DNA from: Eledone cirrhosa
Lineage: Eukaryota
Assembly (NCBI GenBank): GCA_964016885.1
Contig: OZ024740.1
Coordinates: 367,908,001 to 367,972,000 of the forward strand
Reading direction: 5' to 3'
Length of the DNA: 64,000 bases
Under the pieces are notes generated by a model. That model was not told the origin of the DNA and made no database searches. It was given only the letters and a program-made list of their open reading frames with translations. The position numbers were made by a program, and so were the translations under genes. Shown here one piece after another: positions 27,461-41,559 of the stretch. The stretch's first letter is position 1; each line of letters starts with the position of its first letter.

Positions 27461-28360
27461 ATTATTAACGTTATATTCTGTGACAGTGCACTCCCTTCTG
27501 CTATTGTAAGAATATAGAAACACAACTAATGAAAGTCAAAATTGGAATATATGAGAAATAACATTGGATTGATAACGTAGACAATATATAGTGTGGGAAT
27601 ATTTTAAGGCAATCCGAGTCTGTATTTACTAGGCAAACGTTTAAGTAAAGTATTTACGATGTTCCCATTTCACTGCGTGGCTTATAATTTATAAATTGCT
27701 GGTATCCTCCATTAACATTTCCTATTATCCAATATATCCTGCGTTGTGTATACATTAATTAATTTATTTGCTAACTAAAGTATGGTTGTACAAATTCAAT
27801 TTATTTCTGTTTTGTGTTGGATATAAATAGCGAAAAGCTATCAATTTCACATTGGTCAATCAATGTGGGTATCTTCCTTGATATGTTTTCAAGTAGAAAT
27901 ATCAATATTAGAGACATCGCAATATTTTCCTAGCAAAAATATACAAACAATACAGAATGGTTGTTTGAATATATCCTTTGTAGATAACAACTGTAAATAG
28001 TATTGTGAGTGAATAATAATAATATTGTAATTATATTGTTAACATTCGGTTCGTTTGCAAGCAAAGAGTCTCAGGACATCATGTATATTTTCTAGATGAC
28101 GAGTTCACCCTTTTTTTAATGCATATTAATTTAATCATACTACTTGGCAATTTTCACATGTTGTAGATATATTATCACGATTTAGGGGTCGTTTCCAAGA
28201 TCCCCAATTCATACCTATTTGCTAAAATATGTCAAATATGATTGTTGTAACTGAATATAGATTACCCATGAAAGCACGCACACACGCACATACATACGCA
28301 CTCAACCCTCCCAACCCCCATCTCTCTTTGTTTATATATACTATATATATATATATATAT

Positions 28361-28443
<83 letters not shown>

Positions 28444-28471
28444 ATAAATATATATATATATATATATATAT

Positions 28472-28665
28472 TATGGTTTCTGATATAGACACAAGTCAAA
28501 CAATTTGGGGGAGGGGAAAGTTGATGAAATCTATCCCAGTGCATTACTGGTAATTCATTTTATCGACTCTGTAAGGATGAAAGGCAAAGTTATCTTCTGC
28601 GGGATTTGAACTCTATGTCACTAAGCATTTTGTCCGGCAACCGACCAATTCTTCCAAGCCGCAGC
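28472..28665 (-). mobile_element. tRNA-derived SINE
   Basis: Reverse-complement core ttttatcgactc.gtaaggatgaaaggcaaagtt and box B gggatttgaactc. Confidence 0.8.
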
Positions 28666-28853
28666 CGTTATATATATATAAATTATAGAATCTCATTGAA
28701 TAGTAGCTAAGGTGATGGGATCACCATAATAAGCTGGGTGGCGAGTTGTAACGTCAAGAAACGAAGTATTTTCATGTTACTGCAGTTCACTCAATTTGCA
28801 AAATGTGTCATACATCTGATTCAACGAGCAAGCCGTATCACACATTTTGTTAC

Positions 28854-28913
28854 CTGGAATCTCCCTGATTGCGTTTCGTTTCGCTTTTTCTACCAGCCGT
28901 AATACGATTCTCG
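28854..28913 (-). CDS. Candidate 60-nt symmetric exon of an unknown gene
   Basis: attcag| ... CAG|gtaaca with two open frames. Weak evidence. Confidence 0.25.
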
Positions 28914-29505
28914 CTGAATTAATAATTATAATTATTGAAAACCATTTCAAATCATTCTACATAACCTAACATAGAATTATCGAGGAAAATTATGACTATG
29001 TTTAGAAACATAAATTATAGTCACATAGAAACAGAGATTATATTCAACTTGGGTTAGCTTTCTAAATTGTATATACAGGTAAACAATATTCCATTATGCG
29101 TAGCAGATTTTAAAAAAGAAATCTTATCCCACTTTCTAGTGCTTCAATTATAATTCATCTGCATCTACCATTGAGTGAACTATAAGTATTTTTTGTCTAG
29201 AATTCTACTCAGATAAGAAACCATGCTTATAATCCATTCGTGAATATGAGGCATGATTTCAATTATTTTGAATTTTCTATTACCTAAATGCTTCCTCTAC
29301 CTTCTTTCATAATTTAATTGTGTGTCCAATTTAATTAAACATTTTATGCAATTCTAAACGTGTGCCTGCTATGTTTAATCAATAAATTTACGTTATTAGA
29401 CATAAGTAAGCTATATTAAAAAAAAGAAGCATGCATATACACACACCTAAACACACATATACATATATGTATATATGTGAATATATATGTACTTATAGAT
29501 GCGTT

Positions 29506-30050
<545 letters not shown>

Positions 30051-30077
30051 TTATATATGTATATATATATATATATA

Positions 30078-31279
30078 GTATCACTGATGGTATCACAGAA
30101 GTATGACGAAAGGACTCTGAGAGACTACACCTGCATTCAACCCTTTCCCCACCTCCCGTATACTAACACCCACTAACACCCCCTTCATCAAACTACACAC
30201 ACACCGGTACACCACACTCCCTCCATAGAACTACACACACCCTTCTCTCCCCGCTCCACCCACACCCCCGCTCCACACTCACTCATCCCACTAACACCTC
30301 TACTAATACACACACACACCCTCCTCACTCCAACTTTCACACCTACCCGTCCTCGCCCCTTTACCATTCCACCCGACTGCTGCTATGCCATCTGACCACC
30401 TCCCAGTACAAACAGACACACAGCACTCCCACCGCTTGACCACTTCCTGTTGCGCGCGCACCCCACATCTCTCCTCTTCCGACCATCTCTTCATGGAATA
30501 CTCGTATGTGGAACTTGACCACCACGGAATCTACTAACATCATAGGAATTTACCAACATTTCAACCATCCTCTTACGGAATCACCTATATAACTCACCCA
30601 CACACACACCCCAAAACAATCTTTTTTCTCCCACACGCCACCTACACCCACAACACGTTTAAACCCCACACACGTGCTTTCCACCACATATTTACACCCT
30701 CAGCCTCCTGATTCCTCTCCCCCCACCCCTCTATCCACACACGCACAGACACTCCGACCTACAACCCCCTTCCCCCCACACACACCTCTTCCTGAACATG
30801 CAACCCCGTTCTTCCCCCAACCCTTACTTTCACATACACACACACACACACACACACACGTACACCTACACACACACACCACCGTCAGCCCTCCCCGCTC
30901 GGACACCCCGTCTCCCTCTCCCCACTCCACCCGCCACAACCACTACACACCCCACACCCTTCCACCACCTGTTTTACCCCTTTTTAATTTCAGTTTATTT
31001 TGATCATGCTTTTATATTTATTTTTATTTCATTCCTTTTATTTTGATCATGCTTTATTTTTATTTTTATTTTTAATTTCATTCGCACTGTTTCCTTTCGC
31101 TATATGTCTCTCCACCACTCCCCTACACACCCTTTGAACTCTGTTCCCACACACTTCTCACCTGAGGAAGGGCTTATGCCCGAAACGTCGTTCCCCACCA
31201 CCACCCCACTCTCCAGAGCGTGAAATTAATAAACATTCGTTGTACTGCCTCTCTGTTTTGTTCCTGTTCAAATTTTTCC

Positions 31280-31282
<3 letters not shown>
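30078..31282 (+). mobile_element. C/A-rich (TA)n-flanked PLE-like 3' region ending in a hammerhead and AATAAA
   Basis: Hammerhead at 31160-31191, AATAAA at ~31228, and a decayed hammerhead-like motif at ~30082-30120. Confidence 0.55.
31160..31191 (+). ncRNA. Minimal type I hammerhead
   Basis: ac CTGAGGA a GGGC ttat GCCC GAAA CG TC gt; stem I is only 2 bp. Confidence 0.65.
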
Positions 31283-31326
<44 letters not shown>

Positions 31327-31692
31327 AACTGATAGTCAATCAATGATGAACATTGATTGCCAGCTAAATTAACTCAAGGGATATAAACTATATGGAAGCG
31401 AAAACCAACCCAAATGAAACGGTTAGTGTGTTTTATTATATTTTTCTGGTAATATTATAAAAACTTTACGAACATAATTCGATTGTTGCACAATCTGTTC
31501 GGCAGAGAAACATGTAATATGTAATTAAATATGTGTATGAGGCAATACTGATTCTTTGTTCTTTCTTTATTATTATTGATACTGTGCCCCCCAATAGCAT
31601 CGAGTACTCAGCCTGGCATACCGCCTATGAATCCAATCCAATTGCACCTCTACTATATATATATACATACACACACACATACACACACACAC

Positions 31693-31743
<51 letters not shown>

Positions 31744-32211
31744 AGGCAGTCACAATTTAAGGTTGTGTATGATTAATACACATTCGTCCAGTGTAAAGAA
31801 AAGGTTAAGACAGTGTAACACCGTGAATACAACGATCAAAATAGAAAAGAATGGATAGAAATGTAAAAGGACTTCCATATGTGTCTGGGACTTAGGGAAT
31901 GTCTACCAATTGTTGGATAATGTATATGCAATTCATAAGTGTACCTAGATATGGAGCTGAAAATCCTTTCCTCAGAAGATGTTCCTTCAATATTATCCGA
32001 TGTTGTTCATCTGGACAAAACAGGAAAGCATTTTACCGCAATAGTAAATTCTCTCAAAAGAGGAAGATCGTTTCAACGAACTATAGCGTGGTAAATTCAA
32101 GGTGAGTACAAAGAGATTTTCACAGCCTCAAGATGTTCTCCACTAGTGTTTATGAACATAAAATAACTTATAAGTTATTGATTAAGTACATGAAACTAGG
32201 AGACAAATAAT

Positions 32212-32392
32212 TATTATTTCTACTTTTGGCACAAAGCCAGCAATTATCACACTGTATAACTGATAATTTATTTCATCGACCCCGTAAGGCAAAGTTAACC
32301 TCGGCGGATTTGAACTCAGAACAAAAAAGGGCCATAACTCTATGCTGCAAAGCATAGTGTGTGACGCTCTACCGATACTGCCAAACCAGCGC
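32212..32392 (-). mobile_element. tRNA-derived SINE
   Basis: Reverse complement of the 18443-18640 family. Confidence 0.8.
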
Positions 32393-33102
32393 CCTGCAGA
32401 CAAATAATATTATGTGTCAATCGAAGTTGTAGCCGCATTAAATCGGGGAACAATCGAGTTGTTTGAGGTAGACACAAAGCACTCAATGGTGCCAGATAAC
32501 AACAAAGTTAACAAAGTGTAACACTATGAATAAAACGACCAGGTGTATGTGGCCATAGTATATAACCACAACAACGATAAATACAAACATGCAGGAAACT
32601 AAACTGGACCATCATGAATAGATAGAAATGGATAGAAATCGAAACAATAACTATATATATATTGAGAGAGGGATATAGAGAGAGGGAGGAACTGACAGAG
32701 AAAGAGATTTAGACGCAGATATTGCTCTATTCTTGTTATATGTTCTATATTTTTTTATATTATGTCTTCCTTCTTGAAATTATACTTTATTTGGAGGAGA
32801 TATAGAAAATTTATCTTTTACTTTAATACATAGTTTCATTTTAGTCTGAAATTACCTTTCACATTTGCTTTCGCACCTCTAAACCCGCACACGTCACATT
32901 GTGATAATTGCGAGCCATAATTTGGTGCCAGTAATTTCGGCAATTTGAGCAAAATATTTTCACTTCTCTTGTATATATCCTTTTTCTATGACGTATTTTC
33001 TCTTATGTGACATGTTTCTATTTCTCTGATTTATCAGGTATCTCTATATCTTATAGATATATAACAGCTAGTAACACAATCTCCTCAGGTATGCTAAAGC
33101 AA

Positions 33103-33175
<73 letters not shown>

Positions 33176-34089
33176 TATACTTTTGCTTATATAAGAAATG
33201 AGTGAAGAATTTTCAGTAGTCCATCATTATTTCATATACTTTCTTCATGTTAAATTATACCTTGATTTCATCTAATTAAGCATCATGTTAACTTTGTTTT
33301 CTATTTCATGGAAATTCTGAAATTAGTTAACAATCGCTGCCCCATTAGGTGCATTTCATTTCATTCCAGTTCACTTTATACTGATGCTTCTTAAATCAAT
33401 AGACGCCATTGCCTCAATTTACATAATTGAACATTTCTGAAATAGTGGCTACTGTGATGTGTATTTCTTCCTCAATCCACGTAATTTGGTATTATTATTC
33501 CAGCGAACAAAGCTGCATTATGGAATACACGAGAGGAATTTCAATTCACTTTGCTTTTTTATTCACGTTAATCGGTATACCCCCACGTACCTGAATTATG
33601 TACATTGTAATATTGGCTGATTGAGTTATTTCTCTTCGCTCGAGTTTCTAATTATGCAATCTATTCAGGTAAAAAGTTTCTTGGTATCTATTTTCACAAT
33701 TGTATTTTTTTCTGCTGCACAGGCTTCTTGACGTGTTCTATAAACATGTGCACCGTTTTCCCCATGCCTGGTAAAATGATCAGGAATATAGACATATTAA
33801 TATATAACATACATTTTGTGGCCTGCTTTTTTCTTCAATGCTTCCTAACGCCTTTTCATTCAATCTCGATCCTTATTTCATCACTACTTTGTTTTATGAG
33901 TATCAATTTCCACCCTATTGAATATTTGTATACAATTAGCTGGGAAGTCCTCTCAAAAAGAAAAAAAAAAAAAAAACATATTCAGGGACCATCTTATCTC
34001 GTATACTTCTAAATCTTTAGAAATGAGAATTAAATACCTAATATATTTATTCCGCAATTCAGTGAAAATTTAAATACTTATAACACACA

Positions 34090-34455
34090 TAATTTAGGCA
34101 CAAGAATATCAAATTTGAGAAGGACTGACACATAGATCATATCTTCCCCGTTACTGGAGTAGTGCTTTATTCTTTGGATATCCCGACGCATAAAATTTCA
34201 AGTTTACCTTGGTTAGTTACGAACCCAGAGCAGTGTGTACCAGAACGGAGAGTGTTCTATCCGATGCTCTAATTATACTTGTTTCTACTTTTGGCACAAG
34301 GACACCAAGTACCCAGTACATTACTGGTACTTTATGTTATCGAACCCGTAAGGATGAAAGGCAAAGTTAACCTCGGCGGGATTTGAACTCAGACCGTAAA
34401 GGGCCGTAACTCTATTTTGAAAAGCATGGCGTCTGACTCTCTACCGATACTGCCT
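34090..34455 (-). mobile_element. Two adjacent SINE copies (older 34090-34270; younger 34278-34455)
   Basis: Core and box motifs on the minus strand. Confidence 0.75.
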
Positions 34456-34782
34456 ATAATACTACCGATACACCACCATGCATAACGTAACATGAAAGAA
34501 AGCAATAACATATCACTTACAAAGATGAAATACATTTTACACGAGCCAGTACAGTCTAAACACACAATTATCTTGCCGCAATGGCATATAACGATGAAAT
34601 ATATATGAAAAGCAGTAAAATTAGAATGTATCTGAAATACACGGAAATCAAACTAATATGGAAGCCGATAACCTAATTGATTACCAAATCATAAAGCTTC
34701 AATTAACAAGACGTGAAAATTATTTGACATTGTTATTCAGTTCAATAACTGCGTATACACACACAAAAACAGTCACACACAC

Positions 34783-34882
<100 letters not shown>

Positions 34883-35929
34883 TTGTTTGTGTGCGTGTGT
34901 GAGCGGGAGTGAATGTAATATTGAACTATTCTTATAATGTTTGAAGGCGACTTCGTTCTACCTAAATCAATCCAGTCTAAATAAAACATCTTTTAATTTA
35001 TGTATTTTTAAAGGAATGAGTTTCTGAATAATGGACGATTCAAGAAATTCGAAAACTATAGCTATTACAGTTAAAGGAAATACGTTTATTATATAAAACA
35101 ATTGAGGAAAAAGCACCACTGCAAGTATCAATACAGACCCACATACAAACACCAGTGAACGTGCAGTCCCCCCCACCCCCTCACACAATCCACAGAAAGT
35201 CACAACAAACGCCTTCACACAGGACACAATATAACGGCCTTTTCAAGTTGCTAGAAATGCCAGCCAGTATGAGTATATGTTCAGGGCTGTGTTCATGGTC
35301 TGTAATATAACTGTTCCACGTAAATAAAAAATAAATAAAAAAATCCAAAGATATAATAGGTACCCGAAATGAAAAAAATACGCAATGGGGTCAAAAAGGT
35401 TTTTGATTAAAAATGTGTAAAACAAATGTGTATACGTGACAACTGAATTCGGCTTTGAATAGTGTGGGCTATTTTGTGATTAATACAGTGATTAGCTAAT
35501 AGTTCGCTTTTGTGTAAATTTTATATTTGTATGTATTACTTACACCTAATTGCAGTATCCCTCACACGTCACACACACACACACGCCCCCCCCCATACAC
35601 ACAGACTCATAACATTGTGAAATATCTATATACATTTCCTCTCATTTTTCACCCCCTCTTCAGTCATTATTTCCCATACCTTTCGCATTCATCATTTTTT
35701 ATAAATGGTGGTTCAACTGGAAATCTCTATCCACGTTTTTAACTGCCTTTTGCCCGTATCCATTCGCTATTGTAGAAGTGGTAGTGACAGATTTAATATC
35801 CCTTATATACAGGATCACTTGCCCACTATTCTAGGTGTCGTTTAATGGATGCTGGTGGATGTAGGTAAAGTAAACAAGTGGATGAACAAAGATTTTTAGT
35901 TAAATATAAGAATAAGCTAAAACGATATA

Positions 35930-36145
35930 ATTGGTTTCTGATTTAGGTACACAGCCAACAATTTCGCAGTGTGGGAAAATTCGATTAAATCGACCCCTGT
36001 ATGTTACTGATACTTTAATTCATCGACCCTGTAAGGATGAATGGCAAAGCTAACTTCGGCGGGAATTGAACTCAGAACGTAAATGGACGTACCTGTATGC
36101 TGCAAAACATTTAGTCCAACGTTTCACCGACACTGACAATCCACG
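35930..36145 (-). mobile_element. tRNA-derived SINE
   Basis: atcgaccctgtaaggatgaatggcaaag...gaactcagaacgta. Confidence 0.8.
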
Positions 36146-38083
36146 ACACTTAATTAAATGTATATACATAAATAAAATCGATAAATATATTTAGAGTATA
36201 CCAAAAATATAAATTATTAGGTAGGTATAGAGCTTAACGGAGCTATAAGGTGTCAAATAAAAGGCACAAATGCGCAGTTCCCCTTCTATTAAGTAGACAG
36301 GAGAGGAAGAAATTAGGGATTTTCATGACTATGGTTTGATAAAAATGTGTTAGCTAGCACAAGGCGCGTGAGGTTTGAGACTAACTCCCACTTCCGACCT
36401 TAGTGTTAGAGATGAGTAGGAATTATGACAACAGGTTAAATAATCGCCCCTCGTATTGTGAATATTAGGAGTTCCTTGCTTTATATATTATTATGCTATC
36501 AGATGAACTTGGGCCGTTCAAAAATACACCACTTATCTATCGGCCCAATCAATGATAGCTAATTGAATAAACAAATAGGCAACTTCACATGACCTTATAA
36601 TTAGCATTATGTATACTATAATAGAGTTGAAACAACGTAGTCGTGTAGTGTAACACAATGTCTGATTATAATACGTGAGGTACATAGCTGGAAATCATAT
36701 ATATTGTAGTTAAAGCAAATAATATGAAGTCAGCATGACGCACTACAGGTAACTTTGTAGTTGGCAAAACTATGCCTATAAATATTAGGTGTAAAACGTA
36801 TGTAATATAAGTTTCAAGCGATAATGATACTTCAATAGCTATCGATTAGTTTCCAGTTCAGAAACCTAACGAAGATGATCGATTTCGTTCCCTCCGATAA
36901 AAGTATACGGTTTATTACATTAATTGAATTCACCCACCTCTCTCCTATCAACACATAGATGCAGTATATTAAACCAAGCATACCTATACCTACCCTTAGT
37001 CAAAACGATATAAAAACAAAATAATTAAATCTTAATTTGGTGGGAATTAGAGAGTAGTCGTATATTATATGCCCACGGTATATTCTCATATTACTAATAA
37101 ACACATATAATTCTTTTAAGCTAATGGATCGTTCAAACGCTTACGGATAGATTCAATGTTTTAGGTGAAGTAAATGCATCCTTATAAGAATAATTCACCT
37201 TAGCCATGTTATGTAATTAAACATTATAACCTAATCTGAAACCCATAACATATACAGTTAATTGTGAGCAATGACTAATGAAATGTTGCTGATTGATCTG
37301 TTGGTGGAACAATTTATCTTAAACATGTGTACGGCTAACAGTGAATTTTTAACAGATATATTCAACTCTTAAACACAGCGGAACCGCTACGTCATTTTGG
37401 AGCGACTAACATTTCTAATTCGTTTTTTACAAAGAAACAAACCTAGCACGGAAAACAGAATAATGATTCACGTGAATGTTGTTATTTAAAAAGAATGAAA
37501 TTGCAAAAAAAAAAATAAATAAATAAAATACAATAAAAAAAAAAATTAATGAAAATGTTATATTCTAAATTTGTGTAATGAACTAATTTTGTTTCTTTTC
37601 GTTTTTGACGTGTTTCCCAATAGTTTGTATAATGTGTCTGATTTGCACCATTATTTACGTCCCCGAGGCAATAATTAATTCTGGGGCTGTGATACGCCCA
37701 AGATAGGCATCAATTATCATTGTTTATAATTGTCTATTCCACCAGCAATGATAGTCTAATAACAGCCGAGGGTGTAACATTTAATTTGGATGGTAACGTT
37801 ACTAAAAGTAAACTAATTATAGTTTTCTTGGTGACAATAGGTATCTCATTCTATGCGGTATACTGATAACGGAAGAAGAAAAAAATACACATCAACATTT
37901 ATAAAATATACCCTCATAAATAACAGTTTCAATGTGATTATGACAACATATCTTCCTTTAGTTTATTACCAGGGCATATGAATCCATATAAAACTTGTCA
38001 TAAAAGTACTTGCAATGTTTCCACTCACACATGCAAAGAGATTTAAGTGAGTTTGCTAACTATTAGTAATCTGCATAGTGACG

Positions 38084-38145
<62 letters not shown>

Positions 38146-38147
<2 letters not shown>

Positions 38148-38690
38148 TAAGATGTATGGTAGGTCGTATGTGAATCGCGATGATCACGTCTGACTTACCA
38201 AATATGTGACGGTAGCTAGTTAAGCTCTATGCGTATACGCAGAGCAGAACCAGCGTTAACTCGTTTGTAAGGAGAATAAGATGTCGCACATTTCACTTCG
38301 ATAGGCACCGTAGCGCCCCACTAGAGAGTCCATCGAATAATAAGTATGGATTTAGGACATTTAGGAGCCCGCCCCATAACCCTCTAATCGATAAATTTGA
38401 GAGTGACCTATTATCTCTCGTCCGGTCTATTATCTAATTTTTAACCTTCAATCCCTGACCCCGACAACTAATATAAAAGAGCCCCCTTAGAATATAGACC
38501 CCAACTATACAAGCCGAGCTGCTGATGTATTCAAACTGCTAGCCTTGAGTGATACGTTGATGTAGATAATGATCTTACAGTCACATGTTATATGCCTTGA
38601 AAAGTCCCACCATGTGGTCGGACGAAACGGCTGTCGGCAATAAACTTGTTATAATGTCATAATAGTTCCTTTGTTCTTTTTCACTAATAT
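38146..38690 (+). mobile_element. Non-coding (TA)n-flanked element with a TATA-like box, hammerhead and polyA signal (pLTR- or retrozyme-like)
   Basis: TATAAAA at ~38472, hammerhead at 38593-38639, then AATAAA. Confidence 0.55.
38593..38639 (+). ncRNA. Type I hammerhead, U3-A8 core variant
   Basis: tgcc TTGAAAA GTCC caccatgtggtc GGAC GAAA C ggct G TC ggca. Confidence 0.75.
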
Positions 38691-38824
38691 ATATATATCT
38701 TTTTTGGCAATGAATATATTTTGCAAGGAGTGAATAATAATAACAAAACAGTGGGTTTTGATATTATTTCTGGCAAAAATTATTACAATATGACCCTCTC
38801 CAGATATAACAATATATATATATT

Positions 38825-38899
<75 letters not shown>

Positions 38900-38900
<1 letters not shown>

Positions 38901-39035
38901 GGAAAAAGTATGACCCCGACGGCAGATCTCAAACCGTTTCGACGGCTATTTCTGGACTATTTCCTATTTCCCACTCTACTACCCTAAGTATTGAGTACTC
39001 TGGTGCGGTATGGTCCATCTGGTCACAATTCCTAT
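38900..39035. repeat. Short (TA)n-flanked repeat; inverted copy at 59048-59184
   Basis: Shared ccgtttcgacggcta.ttct.gactatt..cccactctactacc...gtattgagta. Confidence 0.75.
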
Positions 39036-39059
39036 GTTATTTATATATATATATGTATT

Positions 39060-39149
<90 letters not shown>

Positions 39150-39341
39150 GTATAGGATTATCCAAGATGCAGTGATGGTTAATTACTACACTGGATATGG
39201 TTGACGTACGGTAAGAGGTTACTCTACGAGTTATGGAAGAATTGTTCAAGAAACTTAGTTCCTGATCCTTCAGTATTCCGGAGTGTATATAAAGAATGAA
39301 TAATAACAGGTAGACATCATAAAAAGGTAGTTTATTCCGTG

Positions 39342-39453
39342 TGCTTACAAGTGTTTCCACGGTGGTACTGCAGCCTAGTTCCGCTACGTGCAAATTCACA
39401 AGTATTTGCAGAACTCGAATATCCAATGCTGTGACCACTGTTTCCTCAGAGCA
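39342..39453 (-). ncRNA. Hammerhead with extended stem II (mirror of 43442-43553)
   Basis: Reverse complement of 43442-43553. Confidence 0.75.
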
Positions 39454-39946
39454 GAATGGTAAATATACAATGTAAAAACCCTTAAGTGGGGTTGTTGGGG
39501 AAGATAGGGTGGAACAGGAAGAGAGAAAAGTAGGGAAGATGGAGAGAGAAGGAAAGATATGCAGGGGTTGGAGAAGTAGGAGAGAGTGGCTTGTAGATAT
39601 CTTAATCAAAATGTTATGGTAGGGGTTTTATTAGTTACTTTTGGAGAGATGCGTAGATAGTTGAGGTCGGAATTATTTATTGCCCCAGAGGTCAAGTTCA
39701 TAGATGTTGAGAGGGAGGTAGGTCAAAGGTGAGAGAGAGAGAGTGTAATGGATGTAGAGAGAGATATATAGGTAGAGAGGGGACAGATAAAGTATATGTG
39801 GTGAGTGAACTTTTGGTTTTGTAGTAGTAATCTAGGAATTGTACTGAGTTACCATGTATAGTGATAAGCAGTGTATTGTCTTGTAGTGTGGGGGAGAAGA
39901 GAAGGTTGTTAGCTAGAAAGTGGTGTTGTAGTTACGGGTTCGAATG

Positions 39947-41335
39947 TTAAGTTATTTTATAGTGAGAGAATTTAGCTTTTAGTTTGTGGTTGCAGTATAA
40001 TGATCGTTCAATTCTATCGTTAAGTAGTTTGTTTTTGGATTTTAGTATGTAAAATAGCTCAAGGTTACATAACCTGCAGTACTTCAAACCACTCCGATAT
40101 GCATTTGCGCTGGAAAGTATATCCCATTTTAAGGTGAACTGTTGGTTGTGTTCACGGAGTTGCCAGGTCTTGTTGGCGAGCGTGGTCACAAAACGGTGAT
40201 TCTGATGTTTGATTGAGAATCGATGACGGTACCAGCGAGATTTAAACGATGTGGTGGTAGATCCGATATAATACCATTTCTGGTCGTCCGATTCAACCGT
40301 GCATTGGTAAACAATGTTGGACTTTAGGCATTCATTCTGCAATGGACATCTTTCAGGTAGATGGCAGTTACATGCTTTGTTGTGGGTAGCGGGTATACCA
40401 TGGATAGGTTGTGATAGCGGTACAGGTGGGTTGTGCAATATCCGTCTCCCATTTAGTGGTTGGGAGGCAGATATTGCGTTCTGCCCACCTGTTACTAAAA
40501 TGTTTTGTTTTGTAGAGTTGTTTAATTGCCTTAAGTTAAGTTTTTTTATGTATGCTTCAAGGTTTGGTGCCGTGGAGTATGATAGTCTAATAGTTTTGGA
40601 GTTCAGAATTTTGCTGTACTTATGGGAACTAGGGAAGTGTTTATTGATTAATTTAAAGAATGAAAGAGATAGTTTTGTACTAATCGAGGCATTAAAAATA
40701 GGATTATACCAGATATACTTTCTACAACGTGATTTATTTGGTGGTGAACTTCTATTATTAGTATGTCTGGTAGTATAGTGTGTGTGTGCTTGTGTTTTAG
40801 TCCCCCGGTTACGTATACCTTGATTACGTGTAGAGCTATGTGTGTTGTGGAAATTACTATCGATGTATTCTATTGTATCCCGGTGGTCAGCATTCCTTAA
40901 TGCATTATTGTAGTATTCAGCATGTTCGCTAAAAATATCAGAGTTAGACGATAGGCGAGAGATTCTAAGAGAAATACTCCGGGGAACTGATTTTATCATG
41001 GAGAGTGGGTGGTTAGAGTTAAAGTTAATATACGTAAGGTTCTCATTTACCTTGTGGAAGGGTCGTATCTGTCCGGTATTTAAATTAAGAGTTACGTCCA
41101 GAAAGTTTACTACCTTAAGATTGTATTCGTATGTTATTTTTAGGCCCAGTTCACTAAAAGATTTTCTAATATTTTTCCGTAGCCTTTCAAGATTTTGGTT
41201 ATTCAAGTTATTAACTAATAAGAGCCCGTCATCTCTATATATCCCCCCCGGTAGATTACTAAATCTACTATGTAATATGTGGGCTATGTAAATTCCCACG
41301 AGATCCGTGACCTCCACCGAGTCGTTGGAACCCAT
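39947..41335 (-). CDS. 5'-truncated PLE polyprotein: RT motifs B-E and thumb, CxC-x4-C-x5-C linker, GIY-YIG endonuclease (Nematis-like, inferred)
   Basis: Motifs MGSNDS.EVTDLVG, GGIYRDDGL, NFLDVTLNL, CNCHLPERCPLQNEC, IVYQC...YYIGST and CRLCNLE. The annotated Met is internal, since the frame is open up to the loop. Confidence 0.9.
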   Translation of the reverse strand: MGSNDSVEVTDLVGIYIAHILHSRFSNLPGGIYRDDGLLLVNNLNNQNLERLRKNIRKSFSELGLKITYEYNLKVVNFLDVTLNLNTGQIRPFHKVNENLTYINFNSNHPLSMIKSVPRSISLRISRLSSNSDIFSEHAEYYNNALRNADHRDTIEYIDSNFHNTHSSTRNQGIRNRGTKTQAHTHYTTRHTNNRSSPPNKSRCRKYIWYNPIFNASISTKLSLSFFKLINKHFPSSHKYSKILNSKTIRLSYSTAPNLEAYIKKLNLRQLNNSTKQNILVTGGQNAISASQPLNGRRILHNPPVPLSQPIHGIPATHNKACNCHLPERCPLQNECLKSNIVYQCTVESDDQKWYYIGSTTTSFKSRWYRHRFSIKHQNHRFVTTLANKTWQLREHNQQFTLKWDILSSANAYRSGLKYCRLCNLELFYILKSKNKLLNDRIERSLYCNHKLKAKFSHYKIT

Positions 41336-41559
41336 GGTAATATCGAAATTTGTGGGTCTGTCCTTACGTTCCCAGTAGCAGTTATCGAACTTAATAATGG
41401 TTTTTCTAGCCTCGAGAATAATATTAATTTCTTCCTCCGTTAGGTCGGAATTGAACGGAGGAAGAAATTAATATTATTCTCGAGGCTAGAAAAACCATTA
41501 TTAAGTTCGATAACTGCTACTGGGAACGTAAGGACAGACCCACAAATTTCGATATTACC

